This document shows positions 38,825 to 50,812 of a stretch of 64,000 nucleotides of DNA, one piece after another. The position numbers were made by a program, and so were the translations under genes. The stretch lies in contig NC_042997.1 in the NCBI RefSeq assembly GCF_006345805.1, positions 130,634,001 to 130,698,000 on the forward strand, written 5' to 3'. The notes beneath the pieces were generated by a model that saw nothing but the letters and a program-made list of their open reading frames with translations, made no database searches and had not been told where the DNA came from. Source of the DNA: Octopus sinensis. Taxonomy: Eukaryota. Position 1 is the first letter of the stretch. The number at the start of each line of letters is the position of its first letter.

Positions 38825-38862
38825 GTTGGGGGTACAGTTGGTCTTCCTCTTCTCACTGACAT
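38825..38862 (-). CDS. Candidate start-codon exon of the RGS-like gene (exon possibly 38825-38938)
   Basis: Strong donor AAC/gtaagt and acceptor ttattgcag at 38939. ATG at 38862 has an in-frame TGA just upstream. MSVRRGRPTVPP ends in phase 2, matching 38065. Confidence 0.45.
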
Positions 38863-39430
38863 ATCTTGTCATGTTCTTTGTTTTATTACAAGACAGTAAA
38901 AATTAATGGAAAACCAGTTCCATTTTGAGTTAAATTCACTGCAATAAATTATTAAATAAAAATGCCTTTAATCTCAGGTATGTTATTGTATGTTGGTGAA
39001 TAAATCATTATTTGGCAAAGAAATTTCTCATGATAGAAGAAAATAGTTGCACATTATAATACACGTCATCACCATCATCACTACCACCCTCATTATTTAA
39101 TGTCTATTACTTTCTATGCAGGTATGGGTTCGATGGTTTGACAGGATCCAGCAAGCTGCAGGACCGCATTGAGCTCCAATGTTACCTTTGGTATGATTTT
39201 TACTAACACACAACTTAAAATAATGGGTTTCAATGGGACTGAAATAACATTAAGCAGAAATTGGTGGAAGTTTAGGAAAATACAGTTGAAACTAACAGTA
39301 AAAGGATTGTTAATCAAACTTAACAATGAAAGTAATTAAGTCTTAACACAATTAGCTGACACACATATGACTCATTGCTTCTTCACCTATTGTACAGACA
39401 CAAACATTAGTAATGTGTAGTTTAATAATA

Positions 39431-39896
39431 TTGGGTTGTCCGGAAAGTTCATGCCGATTTATAGTAGCTTACCTTTCGACTTATTTTAGAACATGGTTGA
39501 GTCCATAAAATAGGATTTGACTACACCCCCATTTAGAGCACAGTTTAAGCTATCTTTTCCTGGAAGAAGGTTTATGTTCCCATAACCTGTGTTAATTCTG
39601 TAACTCTTTAAAATGGAAGATAAGAAAGTTCAATGTTGCCACTTGATGCTTTGGGAACCAGATAAAAATTGCTGCAGCTAGGCAAGGATGTGTTACCCCA
39701 CCCTCCATATTCACTAGGTATTGCTCCTTCGGAATTCCACTTCTTCAGAATAGTCTTAATGGTAAAAAAAAGGTAAGATGGAGAGGCATTGTGCAACAAA
39801 ATGGTTCATATTTGGTTGATTAAAAATGTAATGGCAAGTATTTATTGACCGTTTTCTTTCCTTTAAAAATCGGCACGAACTTTCTGGACAACCCAA
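39431..39896. mobile_element. Mariner-derived MITE (TA TSD)
   Basis: ta|ttgggttgtccggaaagttcatgccgattt ... aaatcggcacgaactttctggacaacccaa|ta. Confidence 0.88.
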
Positions 39897-40902
39897 TAAA
39901 ATCTTAATACACACTTAAAAATGGCACACTTTGCTTGAGTGGTCAATATGGAATTTCAGTGGTGATTACTTTCATAGATGTGCACACACTTTGCAATGAA
40001 AGAAAATTTGTACATATTAAATGCTAAAAGCCCACCTCTTTCATTTCTTTTCCCAAATATAAATTACAGAAATTGCTGCTCTCCACCCACATTTATGTTA
40101 GCTCTTTTGTCCTCCCCACGTCACATTTATCATCATTACTATCCTGGTATTCACTCACCCTGCTCTATCTTTCTCAACCTATGGTCCATTGATCATCCAC
40201 CTTCAACCCTACCCAATTTTCACAGTTGCAATCTACTGCCCTTGCCCACCCAGTCCTACAATCTTGCAAATCACCCACATCTACTCACGTTGTGCTTTGA
40301 GGGAGCACCTAGGAACCTCATCACTACTATCTGTCTCTTTGAAGCTCCTACGGATCATTTCTCTTTTATTTTTCTCTTCCCTACTAAATGTAAGTAGCCA
40401 TGCAGATCCTCTACAAGAAACTGCTCCGACAACCATCCCCTTCTCTCATACTTAATCCCTTGTCCTCTTGCACAAAGCTGAGCCCCCCCCCCACCTCCCC
40501 TAGCGTTCATTGTCCTGCAAGTTGCATGGTGACTTCAAGAGTGCTGGTAGAATGGAAAAAGCACCCAGTAAAGTGACTGGCATTAGGAAGAGCATCCAAC
40601 TGCAGAACCTTTGCCAAAGCAGACACTGGAGCTTGACTCAACAGTCCTTAGACTCAACAGATTCTGCCAATCAGTTCAACCTTTGTCAGCAAGGAACATG
40701 GACATCAAATGATGATGTCAACCCATGCTAACATGGAAATGATGACGACAACAATGCTGATGATATATAGATTATTATGGTGTGTGTGTGGAGGGTTTAT
40801 TTAAGTACTTAATGGAATTGAAGCTGGTCACTAAAAAGACTTTTTGAGTTAAGACAGTTTGCAGGGTTTGTAAATATTTGATTTAGTGTGTGCACATAAG
40901 TA

Positions 40903-41619
40903 CAGGGTGGTCCAAAAGTCTTGTTACCCACTAGATATTGTTTATTATTGTCATTATTACCATTATTTTTTGTTTTAGCACAACCCTCCACTCACATGTA
41001 ACGATTTGGGCCACCATATTGAGTAAGCACCTGATAGGACCCTGTTTCTTCGAGAGCACTGTTAACTGGCAATCTTACTTGGCCATGTTAAGGGAGTGGT
41101 TTGTTCCACAACTCCAGATGTTGAATGTTGACTTGAATGATTGTTGCTTCCAACAAGATGGTGTTCCACCCCACTATGCTAACACTGTCTGGGAATACCT
41201 AAATGAAGTTTTTCAGGGCAGATGGATAGGGCGAGGATCTCAACAACTTCCAGCACCTGTCAGTCGGCCTCCCAGAAGTCCAGACTTCATGTCTCATGAT
41301 AACGCTCTGTGGGGGTATTATCAAGGAAAGAGTTTCACATGAATGATACCAGAATACACATCAGTTAAAGGACGCTGTTTGGAGAGCATTTGCAACAATC
41401 ACCAAAGCACAGCTTCGAAAAATATCACACAGGACATAGCACCACATCATTCTGTGCTACAAAAATGATGGTGTTCATACAGGCCTTCTCGATGTGTGAC
41501 AGCATCAATGAAAGTGAATGAACTAAATGCAGTTCGCGCTTTGGATTACTGCATTACTTGATCTTCTATTGTTTTCATTATTTTTTGGTAGGGGGTAACA
41601 AGACTTTCAGACCACTCTG
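40903..41619 (+). mobile_element. Internally deleted Tc1/mariner element of DD41D (rosa/Visitor)-like type
   Basis: ta|cagggtggtccaaaagtcttgttaccc ... gggtaacaagactttcagaccactctg|ta; ORF LIGPCFFE..FQQDGVPPH...RWIGRG...PPRSPDF..D..LWG. Confidence 0.8.
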
Positions 41620-41899
41620 TACATGCCTGCACTTATGTTCTGTAAGTACATGTTTTTAGTATTTAGGTGTTTGTATGTGTATATGCATTATTACTTTTTA
41701 CATATGTGTCTTTGTGAATGCACAGAACCAAGTGTGTGCATATATTTGAAGTGGATCTTGCAGTGTTAATTTAAATTTGGCTATGGTGGATCGAATCTAC
41801 TTCATGCTTGCAAGATCCATTACATCTTCATTTAAAGAATCTTTTATGGAGAAGGGGCATCCTATGAGACGACCTAGATGAGATGATTTAAGGAGAATC

Positions 41900-42640
41900 T
41901 TTGGAATGTCTTACAAATTTTCACAGTGCTACTAACAGAATGGTTTTTGTGCCAATCCCTTAGCTACATAACCCTGTGCACCATTGATGATAAATACAAA
42001 TGAGAGTTTATAGCTTGGGTTCAAAAACTGTAAGTTCGGATCTTTTCACTTTGACCGGCATATTTAAAAAATAAACAGCAGAAATTGTATTCACCTCAAT
42101 AGACGTCATTGATTTGTTGAAATTGCCGAAGTGCAAGAAATTTAACAACAAATAGCTTACAAACTACAGAATTTTCTCAAGAAAGCCAAGAGAAAAAGGT
42201 GTTTTATGTAACACATTCTACCAGTATACGAAGTTTAAAGGTGTTTAGTTACAAAGAAATTATTTTTTAAATCTGCCAGTCAAAGTGAAAAGATCCGTAA
42301 GTTCTTCATTAGTTCACCATAAATGTTCACTTTTTCTGGACTTTTGATGGTATGTTCACATCAGCTGGGCAGCTGACTTCTACAATGATGCATGATTTTT
42401 ATTTCCCGCCCCACAGAACAATATCAGGGTCTCGTGTGTTCGCACTGGATAGCTGCTTTTATTTTATTATTTTTAATTGAATATTCTACTAATATTCCTT
42501 GATTTTAAAGGTGTAAACATTTTATGGTTCTGGCATGCTTTTGAAATATTCAACAGAGTAATTCTTCTTGCAGATAACATTGTAAATAGTTTTTCCTATT
42601 ACATCATGTCTTAGTGTAGAAGTATCTTGAAGTAAGTAGT
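41900..42640 (-). mobile_element. RLE-type non-LTR retrotransposon relic, split by a MITE
   Basis: Minus-strand translation LRHDVIGKTIYNVICKK...PDIVLW..KSCIIVEVSCPADVNIPSKVQKKVNIYGELMKN, resuming after the MITE as LQFLNPSYKLSFVFIINGAQGYV. Confidence 0.75.
42038..42296. mobile_element. 259-bp MITE with ~30-bp TIRs and 8-bp TSD (Merlin- or hAT-like)
   Basis: gtaagttc|GGATCTTTTCACTTTGACCGGC ... GCCAGTCAAAGTGAAAAGATCC|gtaagttc. Confidence 0.88.
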
Positions 42641-43544
42641 AACATACATACGTACGCACGTAATTATATTAGTATGTCAGTTAAAACATGCCGAGGTTTA
42701 TCCGTGGGAAAAAATAAGAGAAAAAAAGAGAAGAAAAAAAAAGAACAGAAAAAGGATGCCGAAAGGTTTATGTAATTGATTGCTTAAAGATCCGATTTAA
42801 TATGGCCTACCCGATGCACCCGTTTCTCCTCTCGTTCTCCCGACCGATGTTAATAGTGAACATCAGTAGCATCGTGATCTTGTTTAAGTCATGGAGATGG
42901 AACCGTTCCTTTCCCTATAACATAACGAAGTACTGCGTAATGTGTGTGTGTCTATATGAAAATATTTATGAAAATATGTATAATTATTGCCACTCTCCAC
43001 ACAAGTTGACATTCCCATAAACAACCTAGTAAATAGACGACACCACGTCAGTGACTCGCAATTAATTAATTGTTGGTCAGACTCTTAATGATATTCAGTA
43101 TCACTGTGAAACCTCAACATCAGTTACCCTTATTTGACTGAAGAAAAATATTAACTGCGACTTTTCCCTAGGATTTGTTCAGTTATATGGTTAAAGACTG
43201 ACTCTAATACACGTTATTTATCGTTCAAATGAAGACATAGACAAACGCTTATAAAAACGGACCAGAAAAATGTTTTAAATAAACCCAAAATTTACAAAAT
43301 GTACCTCGATGTTATTCTGATGTTTATGAATGTTCCATGTTCAGTTGTTTTGATAAATGTAATTTCAAGGTTAATAAGATTTGTTTCAAAAGGATACACT
43401 TTATCCCATCGCTTTGAGTAAAATAATTTTGACTAAATATTTGCTCACGTGAAACGCTTGTAGTGAAACGGCAATGATTAAGCTGAGTTCATAACGGAGC
43501 TATAATGGACAAGACAAGGTTTTAATAAGATTTTCTTTTATGCG

Positions 43545-43850
43545 CCTTTTTCAGGCCTAACCGGGCTCATGGGCCCGGTTTCCCGGTTTCTATGACGTAT
43601 GTCCCTCCCTCCCGCCCAGTTGGACGGGACGCCAGTCCATCGCAGCGTTACTCAAGAAATAAGAAGAAAGAGTGAGAGAAAGTCGAGGCGAAAGAGTACA
43701 ACAGAAGTCGCCACCACCCCCTGCTGGAGCCGCGTGGAACTTTAGGTGTTTTCGCTCAATAAAAACATACAACGCCCGGTCTGCGAATCGAAACCGCGAG
43801 TCCGCTGCCCTAATCATTGGGCCATTGCGCATCCAGAATAAGATTAAAAA
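43545..43850 (-). mobile_element. tRNA-derived SINE (family 4), CpG-intact copy
   Basis: Homologous to 61715-61965, 28570-28860 and 29760-29990; contains ctgcgatggactggcgtcc, resembling the Meta-domain SINE core (recalled, not searched). Confidence 0.7.
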
Positions 43851-43989
43851 GGCATTCAATAACTGACGATTTCTCATATTGCAGCCGCAAGCACAAAATG
43901 AGAAAATACAAACAGAAACCAGAACAACAGTAAACCATATAAATACGCATCATTACATTTTCTAACTAAACAAACTGTATGCTTCAAAT

Positions 43990-44400
43990 ATCGAAGTCGG
44001 ATGTAGAGGGTTTGTTGGACACAGCGTGAGACGACTGTTGTTATCGCTAGGCCTAACTCATCGTAAAGTCAATACCACCATGACTGATATACAATCTACA
44101 GTGGAGAAGGCTAGCCACTGGATTTGGTTAACAAGAGACGATGAGCGATGGCTAGAAGTATATTGAGTTCTTCATAACCAGCTGATCTAGCAAGCGGGGC
44201 CTCATATCAGTGAGGGGGGGGGGGCGTGCGCATTGATGCCGTCGAGAGGTAGGCCCCGAAACGGCGTGCATTCTCTCCGGATGACCCCATACACTTGCTA
44301 GCTTCTGATATACGGAGCTTTTAACTAGTAGCACTTGCATGTGCAAGTTTGCAAGACATTGGCTATTGCTCGATATAACTAGCAGACTTATCAATGACAC
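43990..44400 (+). mobile_element. HERO-like RLE non-LTR retrotransposon 3-prime end
   Basis: IEVGCRGFVGHSVRRLLLSLGL...VEKASHWIWLTRDDERW* (stop 44164-44166), followed by a GC-rich 3-prime UTR. Confidence 0.7.
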
Positions 44401-44669
44401 AGATCAGCTGTTAAGGTACAGTGTTCGGTAAATTCTGTAAAAAAAATTTATCTATTAATTAAATTAGAAAATTAACGGGGATGTGTGTATGTGTTCATGG
44501 GGGGGGGGTGAGATCGAAAGTGTGTGTTGTATGTGAATGTGTGTGTGTGTGAGAGAGAGGAGAGTAACAGAGTACATTGTTTTATTTATTTTTTCCTCGC
44601 ATCTTTTTTGAGTGAGTGAGTGATTGACTGAAAAGTAGAGGTGTGCGTTGTCGGAGAGAGAAAGTGTTA

Positions 44670-44715
<46 letters not shown>

Positions 44716-44716
<1 letters not shown>

Positions 44717-46178
44717 GTTCTATTTCTTACAAAATATTTTGTTACTAACACCATACAAACTATTTCTATCTTTTACACCTTAGGCAGAATTTATTTCTCT
44801 TTCGAAAGATGCAGACAATAACTATTTTTTATACAACTTGAAGAATTCTAATGCTAAATTAATATAAACGGCAAAATTAGTTAATGACCATATTATGATT
44901 TTATTTAAATCTTTAGATTGTAGCAACAAGAACCAAATACATATTAGTACTTTGTGCCGTAGCCTTTATTCTTAATAACAGCTGAACAACGCCTCGGCAT
45001 TGAATTCGCTAAGTGATTACAAAATTCTATGGGAATGTTTTGCCATATTTCATTGATATAATCGAATAATTGTTTTACATTAGACAGTTTTTTAGCATGA
45101 AGTTCTTTGGAAACATAATTCCACAAGTTCTTGATCGGATTCAGGTCCGGGCTCTGGAGAGGCCATTCGATTACGTCAATATTATGGTGATCAAAAAATT
45201 CCATAACCTTTTACGTCAATATTATGGTGATCAAAAAATTCCATAACCTTTTTGACTATTGTCCGGCTGATAAATAGCCCCCAGAGGCATTTGGTGAGTC
45301 AAATATGGCACAACATTATCCTTTAGTAGATTCATATAATCTACACTATTTAACTTTCCATCAACTTTAATTAAAGGGCCAACACCAAAGCTACTAAATG
45401 CCGCCCACACCATCACACCCCCACCCCTGCTTGCGCCGTCTTTTTCACGCATTTCGGATGGAATTCCTCGGTTGGGCGACGTCTGATGTGTTTTACTATC
45501 TGATCCAAATATACAGAAGCGTGACTCGTCACTCCAAAGAACCCTGCACCAATCTACGGCTGTCCATTGGGCATGCCTTTTAGCGAAATTAAGGCGTTTG
45601 AGTCGATTTCTTTCGGAGCGATTCGTCCATGTAGTCTAAATTCTTTCAAACGGTTGCGGACGGTTTGTGGTGTAAAAATAACACCATTCTCTTTGGACAA
45701 TTGTTTACAAATGTCAACAGCTGTCAGCATTCGGTTGCCTTCGAAAGTCGGTGGATTCGATGGTCCAACTGCGCCGTCGTTTTTCTTGGGGCGCCAGTCC
45801 TTTGCCGATCTTTATATTGACCAGTCTCTGAGTATGACTTCCATGCTTGCACACAAGCCGTTTTACTGCACTTTACTTGCTTGCTGATGTTCGAAAAGGA
45901 AACTTTTTGCTTGTGGAGTAATACGATGTTTGCTCTCGTGACTGGACTGAGACTACGTTGTTTTCCCATTATTAATCAATTGTATAATGACGTTAAATTA
46001 TAACACTATATAGTGCAACTAGGCTAGTTGTGTGACCACCCATTTTTGGCAAAAAAATTGCATACATACAACATGGTCTTAAACTAATTTTGCCGGTAAA
46101 TTTGAAACGTGTTAGTAACAAAATATTTTGTAAGAAATAAAACTTTTATCATCGGTCTTAAATTTATTTTCGCCAGTG
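44716..46178 (-). mobile_element. Tc1 transposon (DD34E type), disrupted
   Basis: Transposase fragments 45969 to 44944 (RTGAPRKTT; GGGVMVWAAF; WPLQSPDLNPIKNLW with catalytic E read as K). TIR at 46110-46178 ends in cagtg|ta; left TIR truncated at ~44716; 40-bp tandem duplication at 45171-45250. Confidence 0.88.
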
Positions 46179-47460
46179 TATATTTTATTTATTTACTTTT
46201 TCTTGAATCGTTTTTTTTGTGTCTGATTGAGTGAGAGAGAGAGAGAAAGAGAGAGAGGTGTGTTTTGCTCTGTGTGTGTGTGTGTGAGTGAGAGAGCAGG
46301 ACAGAGTGATAGCGTAATTTTTATTTATTTAGTTTTTCTCGCTTCTTATTTTAGCGTGAGTGATTGACTGAGAGAAAGAGAGAGAGAGGTGTTGTTATGT
46401 ATGTGTAAAACGGCTCACACACACACACACACACACACAGCAACACACACAACACACACTTTTTGTCTTGCACCCCCATCAACACATACACATGTCCCTA
46501 TCAATTTTCTCTCTCTTTCACTTTATGTTAACATCAAACGAAATGTACATTTCCAGCCACAAAAATAAATAAATAAATAAATTTTTACGGAATTTACCGA
46601 ACGCGTATGGTAACAGCTAAGCTGCGTACACACCTTCGAGTCAAAACGAAAGATTGCCAATTATATATTTAATATAAAAGATACAATTACATGAAATATG
46701 GGTATAACTTATAGAGAAGAGTAAAGAATTGGGTGGGTATTACCTTTTACGAAAGAAATTTTTTGCTCCAAAAATTAAATTTTTTGTAACCCTCACTACT
46801 AATTCCGTGTCCTTTTCTGGTAAATGTTTCTATCTGTTTCATGAAACGGTTGCAATAGTAAAAAAAAAATAAAATATCTCGAAATATATGTAACACCAAT
46901 AATATTGCCTGAGCTAATGTAACAGCGACTTCTCTTAATCATGCTTGCAAAAGTAATAAGGAAACTATAATACAAAGTTTCTAGTTATGCACATTTCATA
47001 TTTCGTTGTCAAAGTTTTTTTAAAAAGCCTGATACAGTCACTATCATATTCTTTTCTACTCTAGGCACAAGGCCCGAAATTTTTTGGGAGGGGGCCAGTC
47101 GATTAGATTGATCCAGTGCACAACTGGTACTTAATTTGTCAACCCCGAACTTTTAAAAACATGATTAAATATATATATATATATAAGGATGGGGAACAAA
47201 ATTAGTAACAGGGGTAAAATGAGTAATTTTCGAATTGTTATTTTCTCTCTACCTGTTTGAAATCTGTTGCATCATAGACACAGCTATTGCATCATTGTGT
47301 TTGTGCTGTTATATAATCTTTAAGTGTAGAAATTTGTCAGAATAATTGCTGAAGTCGAGAGAGTTTGGAGATTTATCCGTGGAAAAAAAAAAGAGAAAAA
47401 AGAGAAGAAAAAGGAACAGAAAAATCATGCCGTAAAGTTTATGTAACTGATTGCTTAAAG

Positions 47461-49900
47461 ACGTCAAACTGAGACCTATAATAGCAGGTACCGCATGCGA
47501 AACCCACCACCTCAATAACTTTTTAGATACCCTCTTAAAACCATTCCTCAAGCATGTCAAAAGCTATATAAGGGACAACCTGGATATGATCAATCACCTT
47601 CCTGAAACAATAAACAAAATCACCCTACTAGTATCCTTCAATGTAGTCAACCTCTATTCCAATATCCCCCACAAACTAGGAATAGAGGCAATTCAATTCT
47701 GGTTAGAGAATTACACCAACGAACTCCCACATCACATCAAGAAAGAATTCGAGATAGAAGGGCTAAAATTCATCTTGGAGAATAACTACTTTGTCTTCAT
47801 CTATCGACAAAAATCGATGACTGCAATGGGTACGAGAATGGACCCTTCCTCTGCTAACCTAGTCATGGGATATCTAGAAATCAGTCTTTATTGTAAGGTG
47901 CTAGAAAAATATGGCAGCCAAATTCTCCCTCTACATAGAAAATAACTGGAAGAGATACCTGGATGACTGTTTCATTCTTTGGCATGAAATTATAGAGGGA
48001 CTTAAAGAATTTCAAGCACTTATAAATGGACTTGATGTAAACATTCAATTCACGATGGAATATAGCCATCAACAACTTTCCTTCCTCAACATCCTCATTA
48101 AAAAATCTGACAACGTAATAGAAATAGATATATACTATAAAAATAGGATCACATACGGTCGTATCGTATAAGAGACACAGTCGCACGCGATCCCATTCTT
48201 AATGAGTCTTTACTGACCAGTTTTATATGCAGCGGCAAAACACATAAGTGGAATGACAACAAGATTTCTTTTTGAGATATATACATTATTTATTTTACAT
48301 ATTTTACAATCATGCTTGATGTTGGAAGTTTGTAAGTGTTAGCATGTTTTTGTGTCTGTGTGTTCGTGAGGCGTAAAAGGTACTGACCAGTGAAATGACG
48401 ATGGAATTTGGTTCACAGTTCATGTTGTTGGTATCAGCCTGGCAACAGGTAGTAACAAATGGCTTAAGGTAGTTCTTAGAAGAACTAGAACCCAAGAACA
48501 GATAATTGATTTACCGTTTATGAGGTACAGTGTAAGAGTTCCATATCAAGAGGTTGCGTCTCGTAGTTGAGATTAATTGAATCACTTGTGTTTATCTTTC
48601 TCTTGATATGAATATACTTCCAGATATATTAACTGTAGCCGTTTTTTCCGTGGTGAGATTTTCACCTAACCGCTAGAGTTGAATCTGTGGTTGTCTTGTG
48701 TACAAATTAAATCTTCGATGTTTGGCGCTTGGTTTTTGCTGCGTCTTCATCATATATTCTGCTTGGTTATTTTTCTCTAGTTATAGATATCCTGTAACCG
48801 TTCTTTCATGGTGATATTTTCACACTAACAGTATGAGAGGAATCTGTAACATCTTGTATTAATGGTAGTCGCCTGCCTTTCGAAACTGGAACATGGTCGA
48901 GTATGCTCTGTGTGGTCAGAGGTTAGCCCTGAAAAGGACTTGAAACCTAAGACGAATACTTGTCTGAGAAACCTTGTTTTATAAGCTTTATGTGACTCCC
49001 AATGAACTTCAGAAATGGAAAGCTGTGATTGGCTGCTTGGAACTATGGCGCGAAAATAAGCGGAGGCAAATCGCGTCACGTGATAACCAGCGGTGCGAAC
49101 GTAGTAGAGACCACGTGTCAGCCAATCGAATTAGTGTTTACAACAATGTTGAACTAGCCGAAGATGTTTGTAATCTTGAACGAGTGTATTCTTAATACTC
49201 TTCTCAAACAGTGAAGATAGCTATGAGAGAACGATATTGCTACAATACTATAAGTCCATGGACTCCAAGCAATATCTACCGTTCAACTCATGCTACACCA
49301 GAATGAATATTCCCTTCAACCTAGTAAAAAGGATATGCACTATAGTTTCTCATGCAAGCACCAAGAACATACGGCCACATAAACTAAAGGATACACTCAT
49401 CACCAGGAACTACTCATCTTCACTAATTGACATATGCTTTCAACATGCCCGACAACTCAACATCCACAAACTCAGACTTCTCAAATTAAAGAAGGATTTA
49501 CAACCAAAAGCCCTACCATATATCTCCACATACAACTCTCTTAACAATGAAGCCTTTGACACCATCCTTCAAAACATTCCCCTGCTAAAAATGGACCACA
49601 GAATGAACTTAATCCTCCAAACACACACCATCATAAAAAGCAAGAGACAGCCTAAATCTATGAAAAGTCTCCTAACACAAGCTGAACAACAACACTGAAG
49701 CCGTCAGTAAAAGAAATGTGGAAGACCCAACTGTGGGATATGTGTCGATTTAATTGAGGGATCAGAATTCTCCTTCAAACGGGGACAATGTTTCACAGTG
49801 AAAAGCAGCTTTGCATGTGCTTCGGAGAACCTGATATATGCACTAACCTGCTCTGGGTGTCAAGAGCGATACATAGGCCAAACAAAAACAGTCTACGTCA
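47461..49900 (+). mobile_element. Degenerate Penelope-like element (Poseidon/Neptune-type RT + GIY-YIG) interrupted by a 1.1-kb insertion
   Basis: LRPIIAG, SFNVVNLYSNIP, AMGT, WKRYLDDCFILW, IDIYYK | SMDSKQYL...; C-terminal CGRPNCG and NLIYALTCSGCQERYIGQTK. Confidence 0.88.
48141..49244. other. Unclassified 1104-bp insertion with 9-bp TSD
   Basis: atactataa at 48132-48140 and 49245-49253; removing the insert restores IDIYYK-SMDSKQYL; no TIR or poly(A) seen. Confidence 0.75.
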
Positions 49901-50424
49901 AAGGATGGCTCTGCACAGATATATGTATATGTATGTATATATATATATATGAATGTGTGTGTGTGTGTGTCTGTGTTTGTCCCCCCAACATCACTTCACA
50001 ACCAATGCTGGTGTGTTTACGTCCCCATAACTTAGCGGTTCGGCAAAAGAGACCGATAGAATAAGTACTAGGCTTCCAAAGAATAAGTTCTGGGGTTGAT
50101 TTGCTTGACTAAAAGTGGTGCTCCAGCATGGCCACAGTCAAATGACTGAAACAAGTAAAAGATTAAAAGAGTAAAAGAGAGCTGTAATGTTGGGAAGAGG
50201 GAAAATATTGTTTTTCCTTTTTTATTTTTAATGTTGTCTGTTATATTTAATTTGTTAAGTGAGCAGTAAATGTGACTGACTGTTTCTTTTCAAAGATATA
50301 TTTAATCAGCCTGGCTCTAGTCGTCTAACAACTTTATTAGGTCTGCACTCCTCAATTTACTCAAGAGCTTGTTTGAATGCTCACCGACAGAAACATAATT
50401 ATGTTTGATAACATGTTTTGTTTA

Positions 50425-50629
50425 CTCTTTTACTTGTTTCAGTCATTTGACTGCAGCCATGCTGGAGCACCGCTTTTAGTTGAGCAAATAGACCCCAGGA
50501 CTTATTCTTTGTAAGCCTAGTACTTATTCTGTCAGTCTCTTTTGCCAAACCGCTAAGTTACAGGGATGGAAACACACCAGCATCTGTTGTCAAGCAATGT
50601 TGGGGGGGACAAACACAGACACACAACAC

Positions 50630-50661
<32 letters not shown>

Positions 50662-50812
50662 GCGACGGTCTTCTTTCAGTTTCCGTCTACCAAATTCTCT
50701 CACAAGGCTTTGGTTGGCCCTAGGCTATAGTAGAAGACACTTGCCCAAGATGCCACACAGTGGGACTGAACCCGGAACCATGTGGTTGGTAAGCAAGCTA
50801 CTTACCACACAG
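50425..50812 (-). mobile_element. tRNA-derived SINE (family 2)
   Basis: Reverse complement of consensus. Confidence 0.85.

Noticed and set aside
42511-42556. Plus-strand CKHLWFWHAFE resembling the RGS FW motif
   Set aside because: Wrong strand for the gene; the opposite strand encodes the RLE retroelement relic.
44225-44290. Possible type III hammerhead in the HERO-like 3-prime UTR (GCCGTC...GAAACGGC)
   Set aside because: No CUGANGA core between the pairing segments.
48141-49244. Idea that the insertion in the PLE is a retained spliceosomal intron
   Set aside because: There is no GT at the 5-prime boundary, and a 9-bp TSD indicates an insertion.
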